A stretch of 64,000 nucleotides of DNA. Origin: Eledone cirrhosa. Its lineage: Eukaryota. Both the position numbers and the translations under genes were made by a program. Below, one piece after another: positions 24,878 to 39,145 of the stretch. The notes beneath the pieces are model-generated. The model did not search any database and was not told the DNA's origin. It saw only the letters and a program-made list of their open reading frames with translations. The stretch lies in the NCBI GenBank assembly GCA_964016885.1, contig OZ024764.1, positions 19,220,001 through 19,284,000 of the forward strand, given 5' to 3'. Position 1 is the first letter of the stretch. Each line of letters begins with the position of its first letter.

Positions 24878-25349
24878 CTGAAATAGTAGAGAAACATTAT
24901 TAAGATATTTAGAAAGTAGAGATACAACAGTGAAAACTTTACTACATCTCTATATTAATAGATATAAAACTTACATGGTGACACAAACACTGCAACACTA
25001 ACTTACAGGAAAACATCTAGTTACTTCAATCAGGTGAAGAGATAAACTAGATTGACTTCATTCTCATCAGAAAACAGGATAGACAGATGGTTGGGAATAT
25101 TAACTCCTTTACTGGAGAAGGACGTACCACTCAACATAGACTAGATACTAGGTGTAAGATCTAGAGGGACTGACAGATACAAGACTATCTGGAGATAGAA
25201 GGGTTGGAGAGTAAAAGATCTCCCTGTTAAATATAAGATCTACAGGGACTGTGAGAGGTACAAGACAACCTAGAGAAAAGGGTAGGGACAGTAAAACATC
25301 TCCCTGTTTAATATAAAATCTAGAGGGACTGTGAGAGAGGTACAAGACA

Positions 25350-26418
25350 TCATCATCATCATCGTTTAACGTCCATGTTCCATGCTTGCATGGGTTTGGA
25401 CGGGAGTTTTCCCACTTGAGGCAAGAGTGGTTGTCTTGCTCGCATAGGACTGTCTGGCGGGTTTTCTACAGTTGGATGCCCTTCCTAACACCAACCGCAT
25501 TTACAGTGTGGGGCTGGGAGGTTTTTACCGTGTTGCCTACACGGCCACATTACAGCGTGGACTGTCTGGCTGGTTTTCTACAGCTGGATGCTCTTCCTAA
25601 CACCAACCACATTTACAGTGTGCGACTGGGAGGTTTTTACCGTGTTGCCTACACGGTCATATTACAGCGTGGACTGTGTTTTTTTTTGTCGTGAGACCTA
25701 CACGATCTCATTTGTTTCGGCCTGGATTTTGTGGCACCAACATAACTTTACATTGAAAGGGGCGGTGTGGATGGGGTGGGGGTGGTATATTTTGTTAGAG
25801 ATGCCTACTGACTGTAGTAGGTTTTACTTTGTATTTAGGTAAGGCGGGTCTTCTCTATTACTGAGTACCGCCAAAGCTCTCGGTCCAGTGACATTGTCTT
25901 GGAGAGGTGTAAGTGTGTGAGGTCGGAATTTATCAGCTCGTCCCAGGTTTTTCTGGGTCTGCCTACTCCGTGGCTACCGTCTATCTTTATTGCCCTGCAC
26001 TTTGCTATACAGCTGTCGTCTTTCATGCGCATCATGTGACCATACCAACGTAGCCTTCTCTCGAGTAAACAACATTCGCGTATATTACTATTACATATCC
26101 AGCGGAGCATGCAAGCTTCGTTCCTCTCTAGTCTGCGTATATCCTCTGCACACAATGCCCAGGTCTCACTGCCATGCAACATTGCTGTTCGTATGCAGGC
26201 ATCATACAACCTGCCTTTCATTTTTAGGGAGAACCCTTTTTCCATCCAGTTCTGACTCTAGCTACTGTACTTTCGGAGCACCCTCCCCCACTGCTGATTT
26301 TGTCACCCAGGTAACGGAAGCTGTCCACTATTTCTATAGAACCCTCTGCGCAGTTGAAAGAGCTAGTATTTTCTGGGCACTTGCTGCTACTTATTGCACC
26401 AGAGCACCGGCCACATGT
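25350..26418 (-). mobile_element. 5'-truncated RTE LINE inserted in the 82-bp minisatellite
   Basis: (GAT)n tail, GRLYDACIRTAMLHGSETW, RRLRWYGH, GRPRKTW; TSD aagaca; empty site in copy 1. Confidence 0.9.
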
Positions 26419-26818
26419 AAGACAACCTAAATAAAGGGTAGGGATAGTAAAAGATCTCCCTGTTAAATATAAAATCTAGAAGGACTGTGAGAGAGGTACA
26501 AGACAACCTAGAGAAAAGGGTAGGGATAGTAAAATATCTCCCTGTTAAATATAAGATCTAGAGGGACTGTGAGAGAGGTACAAGACAATCTAACAGAAGG
26601 GTAGGGACAGTAAAAGATCTCCCTGTTAAATATAAATTCAGAGATGTTCTACATGATACATATGATAAGGAGGAGGAGATTGATAGCTATGACATAGAAG
26701 ATATCTGAAAGTTTCTTTCAGACAGCCTGTTGTGAACCACTGATGAGATCTGTAGCTGATGTAAGCTGCCAGCCAGATGAATGTTGCCTTGGTGATGGAA
26801 TAGTACAGTAGATAGAAG

Positions 26819-27178
26819 CCGACCTTACCCAATTACACCTCTCAAAGGCAATGACACACGACCGTGACCTCTGGCGTCAAGCAGTAATACAGAGTACCCG
26901 ACCTCCCATGGGTACAAGCTGAAGCATATAGACAATATGCCCCCACCGCAAAAAAGCACCCAGTAAAGTGGACGTGTAGGCGCCACGAAAAAGCACCCAG
27001 CACTCACTGTAAATGAGGTTGGTGTTAGGAAGGACATCCAGCTGTAGAAATCAAGCCAAATCAGTTCCTGTATGAGCAAGGCATGGTCAGCCAACCAGAC
27101 ACTGCCCACAACAGGACAATCCGTCTAACCAATGCTAGCGTGGAAGAACGGACGTAAAACGGTGATGATGATGATGAT
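26819..27178 (+). mobile_element. Short RTE 3'-end insertion (copy-3 equivalent 47641-48009)
   Basis: (GAT)n tail, 8-bp TSD gatagaag, empty site at ~1378-1385. Confidence 0.88.
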
Positions 27179-27656
27179 GATAGAAGTTGAAATCTAAAAC
27201 ACCTGAAGAGAAAGGAGGAGAACAACAATATCAAATAGTTAAAATGGAAGCTAGATATTAGGCTTACAAATTATTGATTTCTGTTGTTATTGTTAAATTC
27301 TGTTTAATCTGTGATATGTGAGACAATGTACAGGACAATAGAATTAATATCAATGTCTGACTAGCAACAACAAAAGTTTTCATTTTATTGGCAGGTTTAA
27401 ATTACAGAAGTTCCCAAACCTTTACTAAAAATACAAATATATATCTTACCTGTTAAAGTATAATAAATCAAAGTTTAATGTGAAAAACTTCAATTTACAC
27501 AAAATCTTCAAACACTACTTCAAAAATGGAAACCTGGTGTTGATGATCCCTGTCATAGGTAAAACCTACAAGGTTAACCCCAGTTTTAGCAAGGATGATG
27601 GATCTACACAATTGTTGTTGTCGTAGTATGATGTAATGAGTTTGATATTGATACAG

Positions 27657-29189
27657 CTAAACTTCTGTATGAATACGCACATGCTTGGTTAAGTTACCAC
27701 TTTGAGAGAATGATTTACCACAGATGTCACAGTGATATGGCTTCTCTCTTGTATGAGTACGTTTGTGGGTAGCTAAGCTACTTCTGTCAGCGAATGATTT
27801 ACCACATATGTCACAATGATATGGATTCTCCCCTGTATGAGTACGTTTGTGGCTAGTTAAGCCACTTCTGTTAGTGAATGATTTACCACAGATGTCACAG
27901 TGATATGGCTTCTCTCCTGTATGAGTACGTTTGTGGGTAGCTAAGCTACTTCTGTCAGCGAATGATTTAACACAGATGTCACAATGATATGGCTTCTCCC
28001 CTGTATGAATACGTTTGTGAGTAGTTAAGGTTATACTGCGACTGAATGATTTACCACAGATGTCACAGTGATATGGCTTCTCTCCTGTATGAATACATTT
28101 GTGAGTAGTTAGGCCACTACTATGAGAGAAGGATTTATCACAGATGTCACAGTGATATAGGTTCTCCCCTGTATGAATACGTTTGTGAGTAGTTTTGGTA
28201 CTATTGTGACTGAATGATTTACCACAGATATCACAGTGATATGGCTTCTCTCCCGTATGAATACGTTTGTGAGTAGTTAGGTGACTAATATGAGAGAATG
28301 ATTTACCACAGATATCACACTGATATGGCTTCTCTCCTGTATGAATACGTTGGTGTGTAACAAAGCTACTTCTGTGAGAGAATGTTTTACCACAGATATC
28401 ACAGTGATATGGTTTCTCTCCTGTATGAATATGTTTGTGGCTAGTTAAGGTATTAATGAGACTGAATGATTTACCACAGATGTCACAGTGATATGGTTTC
28501 TCCCCTGTATGAACACGTTTGTGAGTAGTTAAGGTACTACTGCGACTGAATGATTTACCACAGATGTCACAGTGATATGTCTTCTCTCCTGTATGAATAT
28601 ATTTGTGAGTAGTTAGGCCACTACTCTGAGAGAAGGATTTACCACAGATGTCACAGTGGTATGGCTTCTCTCCTGTATGAATATGTTTGTGAGTAGTTAA
28701 GGTACTACTTTGCCTGAATGATTTACCACAGATGTCACAGTGGTATGGCTTCTCTCCTGTATGAATATGTTTGTGAGTAGTTAGGTGATTATTAATAGAG
28801 AATGTTTTACCACAGATATCACAGTGATATGGTTTCTCTCCTGTATGAATATGTTTGTGACAAGCTAAGCTACTACTTTGGCTGAATGATTTACCACAGA
28901 TATCACAGTGATATGGCTTCTCTCCTGTATGAATACGTTTGTGATTAGTTAAGCTATCTCTGCAAGAGAATGATTTACCACAGATGTCACAGTGATGTGG
29001 CTTCTCTCCTGTATGAATTTGTTTGTGAACTCTGACGCTACTACTGTGACTGAATGATTTGTTACAGATATCACACTTATAAGGCTTCTCTCCTGTATGA
29101 ATACATTTGTGAGTGGTTAGGTGATTACGAGAGAATGATTTACCACAGATATCACAGTGGAATGGTGATTTTACTATATTTTTCGACAT
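27657..29189 (-). CDS. C2H2 zinc finger protein, 18 tandem fingers
   Basis: 510-aa ORF with ATG and TGEKP linkers; same N-terminus ([10 protein letters not shown]) and C-terminus (RIHTEV) as 1856-2719; finger 1 is one residue short. Confidence 0.94.
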   Translation of the reverse strand: MSKNIVKSPFHCDICGKSFSRNHLTTHKCIHTGEKPYKCDICNKSFSHSSSVRVHKQIHTGEKPHHCDICGKSFSCRDSLTNHKRIHTGEKPYHCDICGKSFSQSSSLACHKHIHTGEKPYHCDICGKTFSINNHLTTHKHIHTGEKPYHCDICGKSFRQSSTLTTHKHIHTGEKPYHCDICGKSFSQSSGLTTHKYIHTGEKTYHCDICGKSFSRSSTLTTHKRVHTGEKPYHCDICGKSFSLINTLTSHKHIHTGEKPYHCDICGKTFSHRSSFVTHQRIHTGEKPYQCDICGKSFSHISHLTTHKRIHTGEKPYHCDICGKSFSHNSTKTTHKRIHTGENLYHCDICDKSFSHSSGLTTHKCIHTGEKPYHCDICGKSFSRSITLTTHKRIHTGEKPYHCDICVKSFADRSSLATHKRTHTGEKPYHCDICGKSFTNRSGLTSHKRTHTGENPYHCDICGKSFADRSSLATHKRTHTREKPYHCDICGKSFSQSGNLTKHVRIHTEV

Positions 29190-29987
29190 ATCTCCTACTA
29201 AAAGATATCAATCACCTCAGTTTCTCACATAATTCACAGTTTTAATATTTTTCTCCTGTCAATATATGAATATATGGATATTTTTCTTCTTTATGTTTAT
29301 AATATTATTCCTAAAACATATTCCTCCAGATATATTTACATCAACTTTGGTCTTTCTTTATATTTAAAGATGATACAAACTGTTTTGTAGATCTCTTCAA
29401 GTTTAATATACATATAAAATCATCTTGTACATATTCCAGACAGCAAAGAATAGAAGTGTTATTGAGTTTACAAGATATATTTCACAGTATTTCTCCCCTA
29501 GATTTATATAAACAAGGTTGTATCTGTTCTGTATAACAGCTTCCTTTAATCTTTAAATAATAGTGTTGATGAAACAACTGATATAAAAGTGTTTTATCCT
29601 TTTCATACCAGTCTTTATATTTATCTAAAAACTTTCCATTATAGCTTCATGAAATTGTGCTAAGTTATGTTCCAAATAGCAGCTTAATACTGAGAAATTT
29701 AGTTATATTACTAAATTCCTTCAAAGTGTTGAGTGTTTTCAAAATTATTTGAAAACGATGGGTAGTGTCTTTCATTAGAAATGGTTAATGTTGAGGATAT
29801 GTCTGATGTAACGTGCTCTTTAATGCCAATGTCCTCTGGTATTCTGAAATAATAAAAGAACATTATAAGATACTGAGAAACTTGTAATACATCAGTACAA
29901 ATTTCATATAATATTTCTATATTGATAAATGGACTGTAATAAATACTAAGGCCTTCTTTGGTGAAGAATGTGCTGACTAACATAGGT

Positions 29988-32900
29988 TAGTTATTAGTGG
30001 TAGTAGATTATACTGACTGATAAAAGTAGTTATTAGTGGCAGTAGATTAAACTGACTGATAAAAGTAGTTATTAGTGACATTAGATTAAACTGACTGATA
30101 AAAGTATTTATTAGTGACATTAGATTAAACTGACTGATAAAAGTAGTTATTAGTGACATTAGATTAAACTGACTGATAAAAGTAGTTATTAGTGACATTA
30201 GATTAAACTGACTGATAAAAGTAGTTATTAGTGACATTAGATTAAACTGAAAGATAAAAGTAGTTATTAGTGACTTTAGATTAAACTGACTGATAAAAGT
30301 AGTTATTAGTGACATTAGATTAAACTGACTGATAAAAGTAGTTATTAGTGACATTAGATTAAACTGACTGATAAAAGTAGTTATTAGTGACATTAGATTA
30401 AACTGACTGATAAAAGTAGTTATTAGTGACATTAGATTAAACTGAAAGATAAAAGTAGTTATTAGTGACATTAGATTAAACTGACTGATAAAAGTAGTTA
30501 TTAGTGACATTAGATTAAACTGAAAGATAAAAGTAGTTATTAGTGACATTAGATTATACTGACAGATAAAAGTAGTTATTAGTGACATTAGATTAAACTG
30601 AAAGATAAAAGTAGTTATTAGTGACATTAGATTAAACTGACTGATAAAAGTAGTTATTAGTAACATTAGATTAAACTGACTGATAAAAGTAGTTATTAGT
30701 GACATTAGATTAAACTGACTGATAAAAGTAGTTATTAGTGACATTAGATTATACTGACTGATAAAAGTAGTTATTAGTGACATTAGATTAAACTGAAAGA
30801 TAAAAGTAGTTATTAGTGACATTAGATTAAACTGACTGATAAAAGTAGTTATTAGTGACATTAGATTATACTGACTGATAAAAGTAGTTATTAGTGACAT
30901 TAGATTAAACTGAAAGATAAAAGTAGTTATTAGTGACATTAGATTAAACTGACTGATAAAAGTAGTTATTAGTGACATTAGATTAAACTGACTGATAAAA
31001 GTAGTTATTAGTGACATTAGATTAAACTGAAAGATAAAAGTAGTTATTAGTGACTTTAGATTAAACTGACAGATAAAAGTAGTTATTAGTGACATTAGAT
31101 TAAACTGACTGATAAAAGTAGTTATTAGTGACATTAGATTATACTGACTGATAAAAGTAGTTATTAGTGACATGAGATTAAACTGACTGATAAAAGTAGT
31201 TATTAGTGACATTAGATTAAACTGACTGATAAAAGTAGTTATTAGTGACATTAGATTATACTGACAGATAAAAGTAGTTATTAGTGACATTAGATTAAAC
31301 TGACTGATAAAAGTAGTTATTAGTGACATTAGATTAAACTGACTGATAAAAGTAGTTATTAGTGACATTAGATTAAACTGACTGATAAAAGTAGTTATTA
31401 GTGACATTAGATTATACTGACTGATAAAAGTAGTTATTAGTGACATTAGATTATACTGACAGATAAAAGTAGTTATTAGTGACATTAGATTAAACTGACT
31501 GATAAAAGTAGTTATTAGTGACATTAGATTAAACTGACTGATAAAAGTAGTTATTAGTGACATTAGATTAAACTGACTGATAAAAGTAGTTATTAGTGAC
31601 ATTAGATTATACTGACTGATAAAAGTAGTTATTAGTGACATGAGATTAAACTGACTGATAAAAGTAGTTATTAGTGACATTAGATTAAACTGACTGATAA
31701 AAGTAGTTATTAGTGACATTAGATTATACTGACAGATAAAAGTAGTTATTAGTGACATTAGATTAAACTGACTGATAAAAGTAGTTATTAGTGACATTAG
31801 ATTAAACTGACTGATAAAAGTAGTTATTAGTGACATTAGATTAAACTGACTGATAAAAGTAGTTATTAGTGACATTAGATTATACTGACTGATAAAAGTA
31901 GTTATTAGTGACATTAGATTATACTGACAGATAAAAGTAGTTATTAGTGACATTAGATTAAACTGACTGATAAAAGTAGTTATTAGTGACATTAGATTAA
32001 ACTGACTGATAAAAGTAGTTATTAGTGACATTAGATTAAACTGACTGATAAAAGTAGTTATTAGTGACATTAGATTATACTGACTGATAAAAGTAGTTAT
32101 TAGTGACATTAGATTAAACTGACTGATAAAAGTAGTTATTAGTGACATTAGATTAAACTGAAAGATAAAAGTAGTTATTAGTGACTTTACATTAAACTGA
32201 CTGATAAAAGTAGTTATTAGTGACATTAGATTAAACTGACTGATAAAAGTAGTTATTAGTGACATTAGATTAAACTGACTGATAAAAGTAGTTATTAGTG
32301 ACATTAGATTAAACTGACTGATAAAAGTAGTTATTAGTGACTTTAGATTAAACTGACTGATAAAAGTAGTTATTAGTGACATTAGATTAAACTGACTGAT
32401 AAAAGTAGTTATTAGTGACATTAGATTAAACTGACTGATAAAAGTAGTTATTAGTGACATTAGATTATACTGACTGATAAAAGTAGTTATTAGTGACATT
32501 AGATTAAACTGACTGATAAAAGTAGTTATTAGTGACATTAGATTAAACTGAAAGATAAAAGTAGTTATTAGTGACTTTAGATTAAACTGACTGATAAAAG
32601 TAGTTATTAGTGACATTAGATTAAACTGACTGATAAAAGTAGTTATTAGTGACATTAGATTAAACTGAAAGATAAAAGTAGTTATTAGTGACTTTAGATT
32701 AAACTGACAGATAAAAGTAGTTATTAGTGACATTAGATTAAACTGACTGATAAAAGTAGTTATTAGTGACATTAGATTAAACTGACTGATAAAAGTAGTT
32801 ATTAGTGACATTAGATTATACTGACTGATAAAAGTAGTTATTAGTGACATTAGATTAAACTGACTGATAAAAGTAGTTATTAGTGACATTAGATTAAACT

Positions 32901-34691
32901 GACTGATAAAAGTAGTTATTAGTGACATTAGATTAGACTGACTGATAAAAGTAGTTATTAGTGACATTAGATTAAACTGACTTATAAAAGTAGTTATTAG
33001 TGACATTAGATTATACTGACTGATAAAAGTAGTTATTAGTGACATTAGATTATACTGACTGATAAAAGTAGTTATTAGTGACATTAGATTAAACTGACTG
33101 ATAAAAGTAGTTATTAGTGACATTAGATTAAACTGACTGATAAAAGTAGTTATTAGTGACATTAGATTATACTGACTGATAAAAGTAGTTATTAGTGACA
33201 TTAGATTAAACTGACTGATAAAAGTAGTTATTAGTGACATTAGATTAAACTGACTGATAAAAGTAGTTATTAGTGACATTAGATTATACTGACTGATAAA
33301 AGTAGTTATTAGTGACATTAGATTAAACTGACTGATAAAAGTAGTTATTAGTGACATTAGATTAAACTGAAAGATAAAAGTAGTTATTAGTGACTTTAGA
33401 TTAAACTGACTGATAAAAGTAGTTATTAGTGACATTAGATTAAACTGACTGATAAAAGTAGTTATTAGTGACATTAGATTAAACTGACTGATAAAAGTAG
33501 TTATTAGTGACATTAGATTATACTGACTGATAAAAGTAGTTATTAGTGACATTAGATTAAACTGACTGATAAAAGTAGTTATTAGTGACATTAGATTAAA
33601 CTGACTGATAAAAGTAGTTATTAGTAACATTAGATTAAACTGACTGATAAAAGTAGTTATTAGTGACATTAGATTAAACTGACTGATAAAAGTAGTTATT
33701 AGTGACATTAGATTATACTGACTGATAAAAGTAGTTATTAGTGACATTAGATTATACTGACAGATAAAAGTAGTTATTAGTGACATTAGATTAAACTGAC
33801 TGATAAAAGTAGTTATTAGTGACATTAGATTAAACAGACTGATAAAAGTAGTTATTAGTGACATTAGATTATACTGACTGATAAAAGTAGTTATTAGTGA
33901 CATTAGATTATACTGACAGATAAAAGTAGTTATTAGTGACATTAGATTAAACTGACTGATAAAAGTAGTTATTAGTGACATTAGATTATACTGACTGATA
34001 AAAGTAGTTATTAGTGACATTAGATTATACTGACTGATAAAAGTAGTTATTAGTGACATTAGATTATACTGACTGATAAAAGTAGTTACTAGTGACGTTA
34101 GATTATACTGACAGATAAAAGTAGTTACTAGTGACATTAGATTAAACTGACTGATAAAAGTAGTCATTAGTGGCATTAGATTAAACTGACTGATAAAAGT
34201 AGTTATTAGTGACATTAGATTAAACTGACTGATAAAAGTAGTTATTAGTGACATTAGATTATACTGACTGATAAAAGTAGTTATTAGTGGCAGTAGATTA
34301 AACTGACTGATAAAAGTAGTTATTAGTGAGATTAGATTAAACTGACTGATAAAAGTAGTTATTAGTGACATTAGATTATACTGACTGATAAAAGTAGTTA
34401 TTAGTGACATTAGATTAAACTGACTGATAAAGGTAGTTAATAGTGACATTAGATTATACTGACTGATAAAAGTAGTTATTAGTGGCAGTAGATTAAACTG
34501 ACTGATAAAAGTAGTTATTAGTGACATTAGATTAAACTGACTGATAAAAGTAGTTATTAGTGACATTAGATTAAACTGACTGATAAAAGTAGTCTTTAGT
34601 GGCATTAGATTAAACTGACTGATAAAAGTAGTTATTAGTGACAGTAGATTATACTGACTGATAAAAGTAGTTATTAGTGACATTAGATTAA
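29988..34691. repeat. 39-bp minisatellite, ~120 units
   Basis: Same unit; array-specific variant ctgaaagat. Confidence 0.99.
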
Positions 34692-34826
34692 CCCTTTAGT
34701 ATTCACATTACTCTATATTTACTATTATATTTTCACAGTAAATGCTTTATCTCACATAATATCAAATCTATGAGATTTTGATGTTATTTATTTTGAGAAC
34801 AATACCTTAACATAAGTATAAGTGAA

Positions 34827-36536
34827 AAGTTCTAAGAATATACTTAGCCAAAACTACAGTGCTAATGGATAGGAGAGAAGACCCTGACCCCTTCAGGAAA
34901 GTGGCCCTGCTCCATATGTAGAAAAGGAATAAGTAGAGATAACCACAATGACAGAGACCTAGTTATAATAGCAGGGGACTTCAATGGTCATGTTGGACAG
35001 CTCCAGGATGGATATACTGGGGTACATGGTGGTCATGGTTATGGCTCAAGAAATGAAGAAGGAGTGAGGCTTCTTGTATTTTGTGATGCAAGTGAACTAA
35101 CCATTTGCAACACTTCAAGAAACCTACCAACCACCTAATAACCTACCAATCAGGTGAGCACATGAGACAGATTGACTTCTTGCTAGTTAGGGAGTAAGAC
35201 AGATAGATGGTGTCAAATACTAAGGCATACCCCAGGGTACAATGTACCCCACCAACATAGGTTAGTCGTTAGTGACATCTCAGTAAGCAAGAGACAAAGA
35301 GAGACATACAAGAAGGTTTGAAAAAGGAAGGTCTGGAAACTAAAAGACCTTTCACTAAAATATAAATTTAGGAAAGCCCTTCAAGATGTGTATGACGAAA
35401 AAGAAGACGATTTAGAGTCATATGACATGGATGATAACTGGAATTTCTTACGTTACAACTTACTGCAGGTTACTGAAGAAACTTGTGGCTGGAGCAGAGC
35501 TCCAACCAGACAGAGGGTGACCTGGTGGCGGAACAGTACGGTAGATAGAGCCATTAGAGACAAAAGGCTTGGAAAAATGGTAGGGGTAGAGTCCGATACA
35601 CAGCCGCTAAGAGAGAAGCTAGATGTCAGGTCTACTTAACATGCAGGGAGGCTGAGAGTAGAAGGTTTGCCAATGTCCTGCGATGGGGAGATCAGAAATG
35701 TGCGGTGTTCCACATTGCAAGGCAGTGTGTCAGTGTAAATCCCGATGTTTGTGCACTTAGTGTCACTGATTCTCAAAAAAAAAGGGGGCCTGGAAATGTC
35801 ATTATGAAAGATTGATGAATGTGGAGAATGAAAGGGAGAGAAACTACCTTCAGTAGACCTGACAGAGGGACCAGCTATTGAGATTGACGACTATAGGGTC
35901 CAAGAGGCAATTAAGGAAATGAAAAATGGTAAGTCCGCTAGACCGTTGGGGATAGTTGCTGAGATGCTGAAGGCATCAAGACAAGTAGGAATTAAACTGG
36001 TTGCACGCATCATTAATCAAGCTATATATGGTGGTGTCATACAGAAGAGTTTTAAGACTGGCTGCCCATGGGAACTTCTCTATGCTGACGATCTGGTTCT
36101 TATAGCAGAATCAGTAGAGGAGCTAGAGAATAAATTCCGGCTATTGCAACAGCAGTTGGAATCAAGAGGACTGAGAGTGAACCTAGCTAAGACTAAAGTG
36201 TTGATGAGTAGAAAAGAGGACAAAACTCTGATTCCATCAGGGAAATGGCCATGCTCCATATGTAGAAAAGGAGTTGGCATAAATTCTATAGAAGGTACAC
36301 AATGCAGATCTTGGGTACACAAGAGATGTAGTGGGATAGCACGCAAACTAACAGGTAGGGAAAACTACATATGCAGTAGATGTACAGGGGAATTTGAGAG
36401 TAGAAGTTGCAGTGATAGACACATTTTTCAAATGCAGATGGGTTCTACAGAGGTGGTTGATTGCTTCCGATACCTAGGTGATCAGATTAGCAAGGAGGAG
36501 GGTGCTGTGAGGCCATAAGATCTAGAGTAAGGACGA
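34827..36536 (+). mobile_element. Decayed RTE-clade LINE, copy 2 (same deletions as copy 1)
   Basis: ORF 35919-36518 with YADD and CSIC..C..C..WVHKRC. Confidence 0.92.
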
Positions 36537-36728
36537 GTTGTCCTTACCAACAGGCCTCTAATTATAAAGGTTATCATTGACCAACACTAACACCCCCCCA
36601 GGGTGGACTGAACCAAGCCTAACACCCCCCAGGGTGGACTGAACCAACACGAATACCCCCCAGGGTGGACTGAACCAACACTAATACCCCCCAGGGTGGA
36701 CTGAAATAACTGTATTACCCTATCATGA

Positions 36729-37174
36729 TACTATAACATTATAAACCTAAAACTCTGTGATTGTGTCTTGTCTGTAATGTAATACAGCCAAAACGGGGCA
36801 TAATGGGGAAATAGTTTGAAAGGAATTTGACCCTGAAATGGGAATACAGATGGGATAAAATAAGTTTCATGTAAATCAGAGCATAGGTTCCCGAGATATG
36901 GGGTTTGTTTCTGGTACCTTCATAAATAGAGAGAGAGAGAGAGCTGGTGGTGTTGTTGAACGAAATTTTAAAATTATAACAAGCGACTTGTGTGTGTGTG
37001 TCTGTGACATATATATACACACACACATATATATATACACACACGCATATATATATATATACATGGGCCTACCTACTAATTTCATTTTAGATTATATACA
37101 TGTCTGTGTATATTTTAATTATTTAAATATTATTTTTAAAGGGAAAGTGACCCAACAGGTCACAGGGTTTCTAG
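36729..37174 (+). mobile_element. Non-autonomous Helitron-like element, same family (copy-3 equivalent ~57968-59821 carries nested insertions)
   Basis: Reverse-complement homology to 24011-24381; gtgacc-caaca-ggtcac hairpin then CTAG|T. Confidence 0.72.
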
Positions 37175-37239
37175 TAAGATTATAAATACAAACACACAAA
37201 AAGATAGAATCTACTCAAACGTTAATATCTCAGACCTCA

Positions 37240-37385
37240 TTAGATTACTGGAACTTTAATTTATCCACCCTGTTAGAATGAAAGACAAAGTTAACTTTGG
37301 TGGGATTTGAACTCATAACATAAAGGGTTGAAATCCCGCCGAGGTTAGCTTTGCCCTTCATCTTTACGGGGTTGATTTAAGATCT
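37240..37385. mobile_element. Two adjacent inverted SINE-like fragments (also ~59890-60030)
   Basis: aatgaaagacaaagttaactttggtgggatttgaa followed by its approximate reverse complement; homologous to 61255-61431. Confidence 0.6.
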
Positions 37386-38251
37386 TATAATAGTTTCTGA
37401 TTTAGACACAAGGTCGACAATGTTTGGGGGGAATAAGTTGATTAAATCAAACACAATTACTGTGAGATCACTTCTTTGATAGTTTGTTTAAAAATAACTG
37501 ATTCACAATTTACGTATGAAAAGTTGACAAAGATTTACAAGTGGTGTTATCAATAAATAGGGCCTTCAAAGTAGCAGGAAACGACTAGATTTTTGAAGTG
37601 GGAGACAGGATTATCAGAGTTAAGAAGAGCTACACACTTCTCCTGTTGGCTGGGAAATAATTATCTTTCCTTAATTTTATTTCTCAACCTCTTAGATGTT
37701 TGCAATCGACTTTTCTTCCTGAAAACGGAAACCCTAACCCTAATACTGGGGAATAAAACGTCTATTGCAAGTATATAAGGGGTTCAGAGAAAATATTGAA
37801 AAGGGGTCTAGAAAAAAATCTAAGAAAAATAATTATTTCCCACCCAACGTGAGGTGTGAGTAGATCTATGAAACTACATCTCTTTGTATACTTTCACCCT
37901 ACTTTTTCTACAAATCTAGTCGTTTCCGTGAGGGTATCTGGTTATTTAAGCACCTGAGCCTCACGATACTGAGGTGTCAGGTGATACCCGTGAGGGTACC
38001 TGGTTATTTCAGCACCTTAGCCTCACCTTACTGAGGTGTCAGGTGATACCCGTGAGGGTACCTGGTTATTTAAGCACCTTAGCCTCACCTTACTGAGGTG
38101 TTAGGTGACACCCGTGAGGGTACCTGGTTATTTCAGCACCTTAGCCTCACCATCACCAGTGTGTTGGCTTGCCTCAATGTAGTTAACCCCTAAGGTGTGA
38201 GGTAAAATATAGATAATTACCATAACATTTTATATTTCCAGTAATGAAACA

Positions 38252-38951
38252 CCATATCAATTGCTCCAATGCAGTTTATCATCTCGCCAAACTTGTTGGC
38301 ACCAACTCTCTGTCGCCAAAGACTGCAATATAAGATTGAAATAAAGCAGCTCTGGTACCATGTTGGCTCTCGTCGATCTCGACAATGATGGACTCACCAT
38401 TGTCATCGAAGCCTCCAAGTTGTTGGCGATTTTCCTCCAAATATTGCTGGCAAATTTCTCGAATAAAATTGCACCAGTCAATAATTGTCGGTTGGGAGAC
38501 TCCCGTTTCTCGAATCATCTCAGCTTGTGTATAATTGTAGCACCACATGTATAAAATAAAAATAAGGTGGTCGCGTGGCACATGGCTTCCTTGAAAAAAA
38601 CAATTATGTCGAACTGCTTGGGAGACATTGTCGGGGTTACATCGCCATCTCCATTTCTTGTGAGTCTCAGAATAATGGTTTAATGTACAGGTTTCATTAC
38701 AAACAGGACAATTGACACTGTCACTGCCGTCTTACCAGCCACTGTAACATAGATTGTCACCGTGTATGACAGGTATAAGAGTAACAAGTGTAATATTCTC
38801 ATTAACGATGTCATTTACATCCAAAACATCAACTAACGTAGTGCCAGCCCGTAGTCGTCCAACCAGTTTTTGTATTCAGATAAACAATAGTTTTTAATGA
38901 ATCGAAAATGAAAATAAATTTCATTTCTGACGTGAGACTTAAGGTTGAGCG
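38252..38951 (-). mobile_element. Merlin/IS1595-like transposase fragment, copy 2
   Basis: Near-identical to 17601-18300. Confidence 0.8.
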
Positions 38952-39013
38952 AAGAAAATATATATTTGTGATGTGAAAAGTGAGCTTAAATCTACAATAT
39001 TAATAGACATAAT

Positions 39014-39145
39014 ACTTACATTATAGTTTCAGGTGTTTAGTATTTACAGAAATGTTTTCTAAATGATGTTGTAGGAAGACTAACACGTGGACAGGAAGTC
39101 GACAACTGCACCACTGCGCATGCTTCAATTTTTTTTTGTGACGTA
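39014..39145 (-). promoter_or_regulatory. Predicted promoter/exon 1 of ZNF copy 2
   Basis: Same motif cluster; donor at 39019. Confidence 0.55.

Noticed and set aside
27657-29189. PRDM9 or KRAB-ZNF identity
   Set aside because: No SET, KRAB, SCAN or BTB exon recognisable; no gene symbol can be assigned
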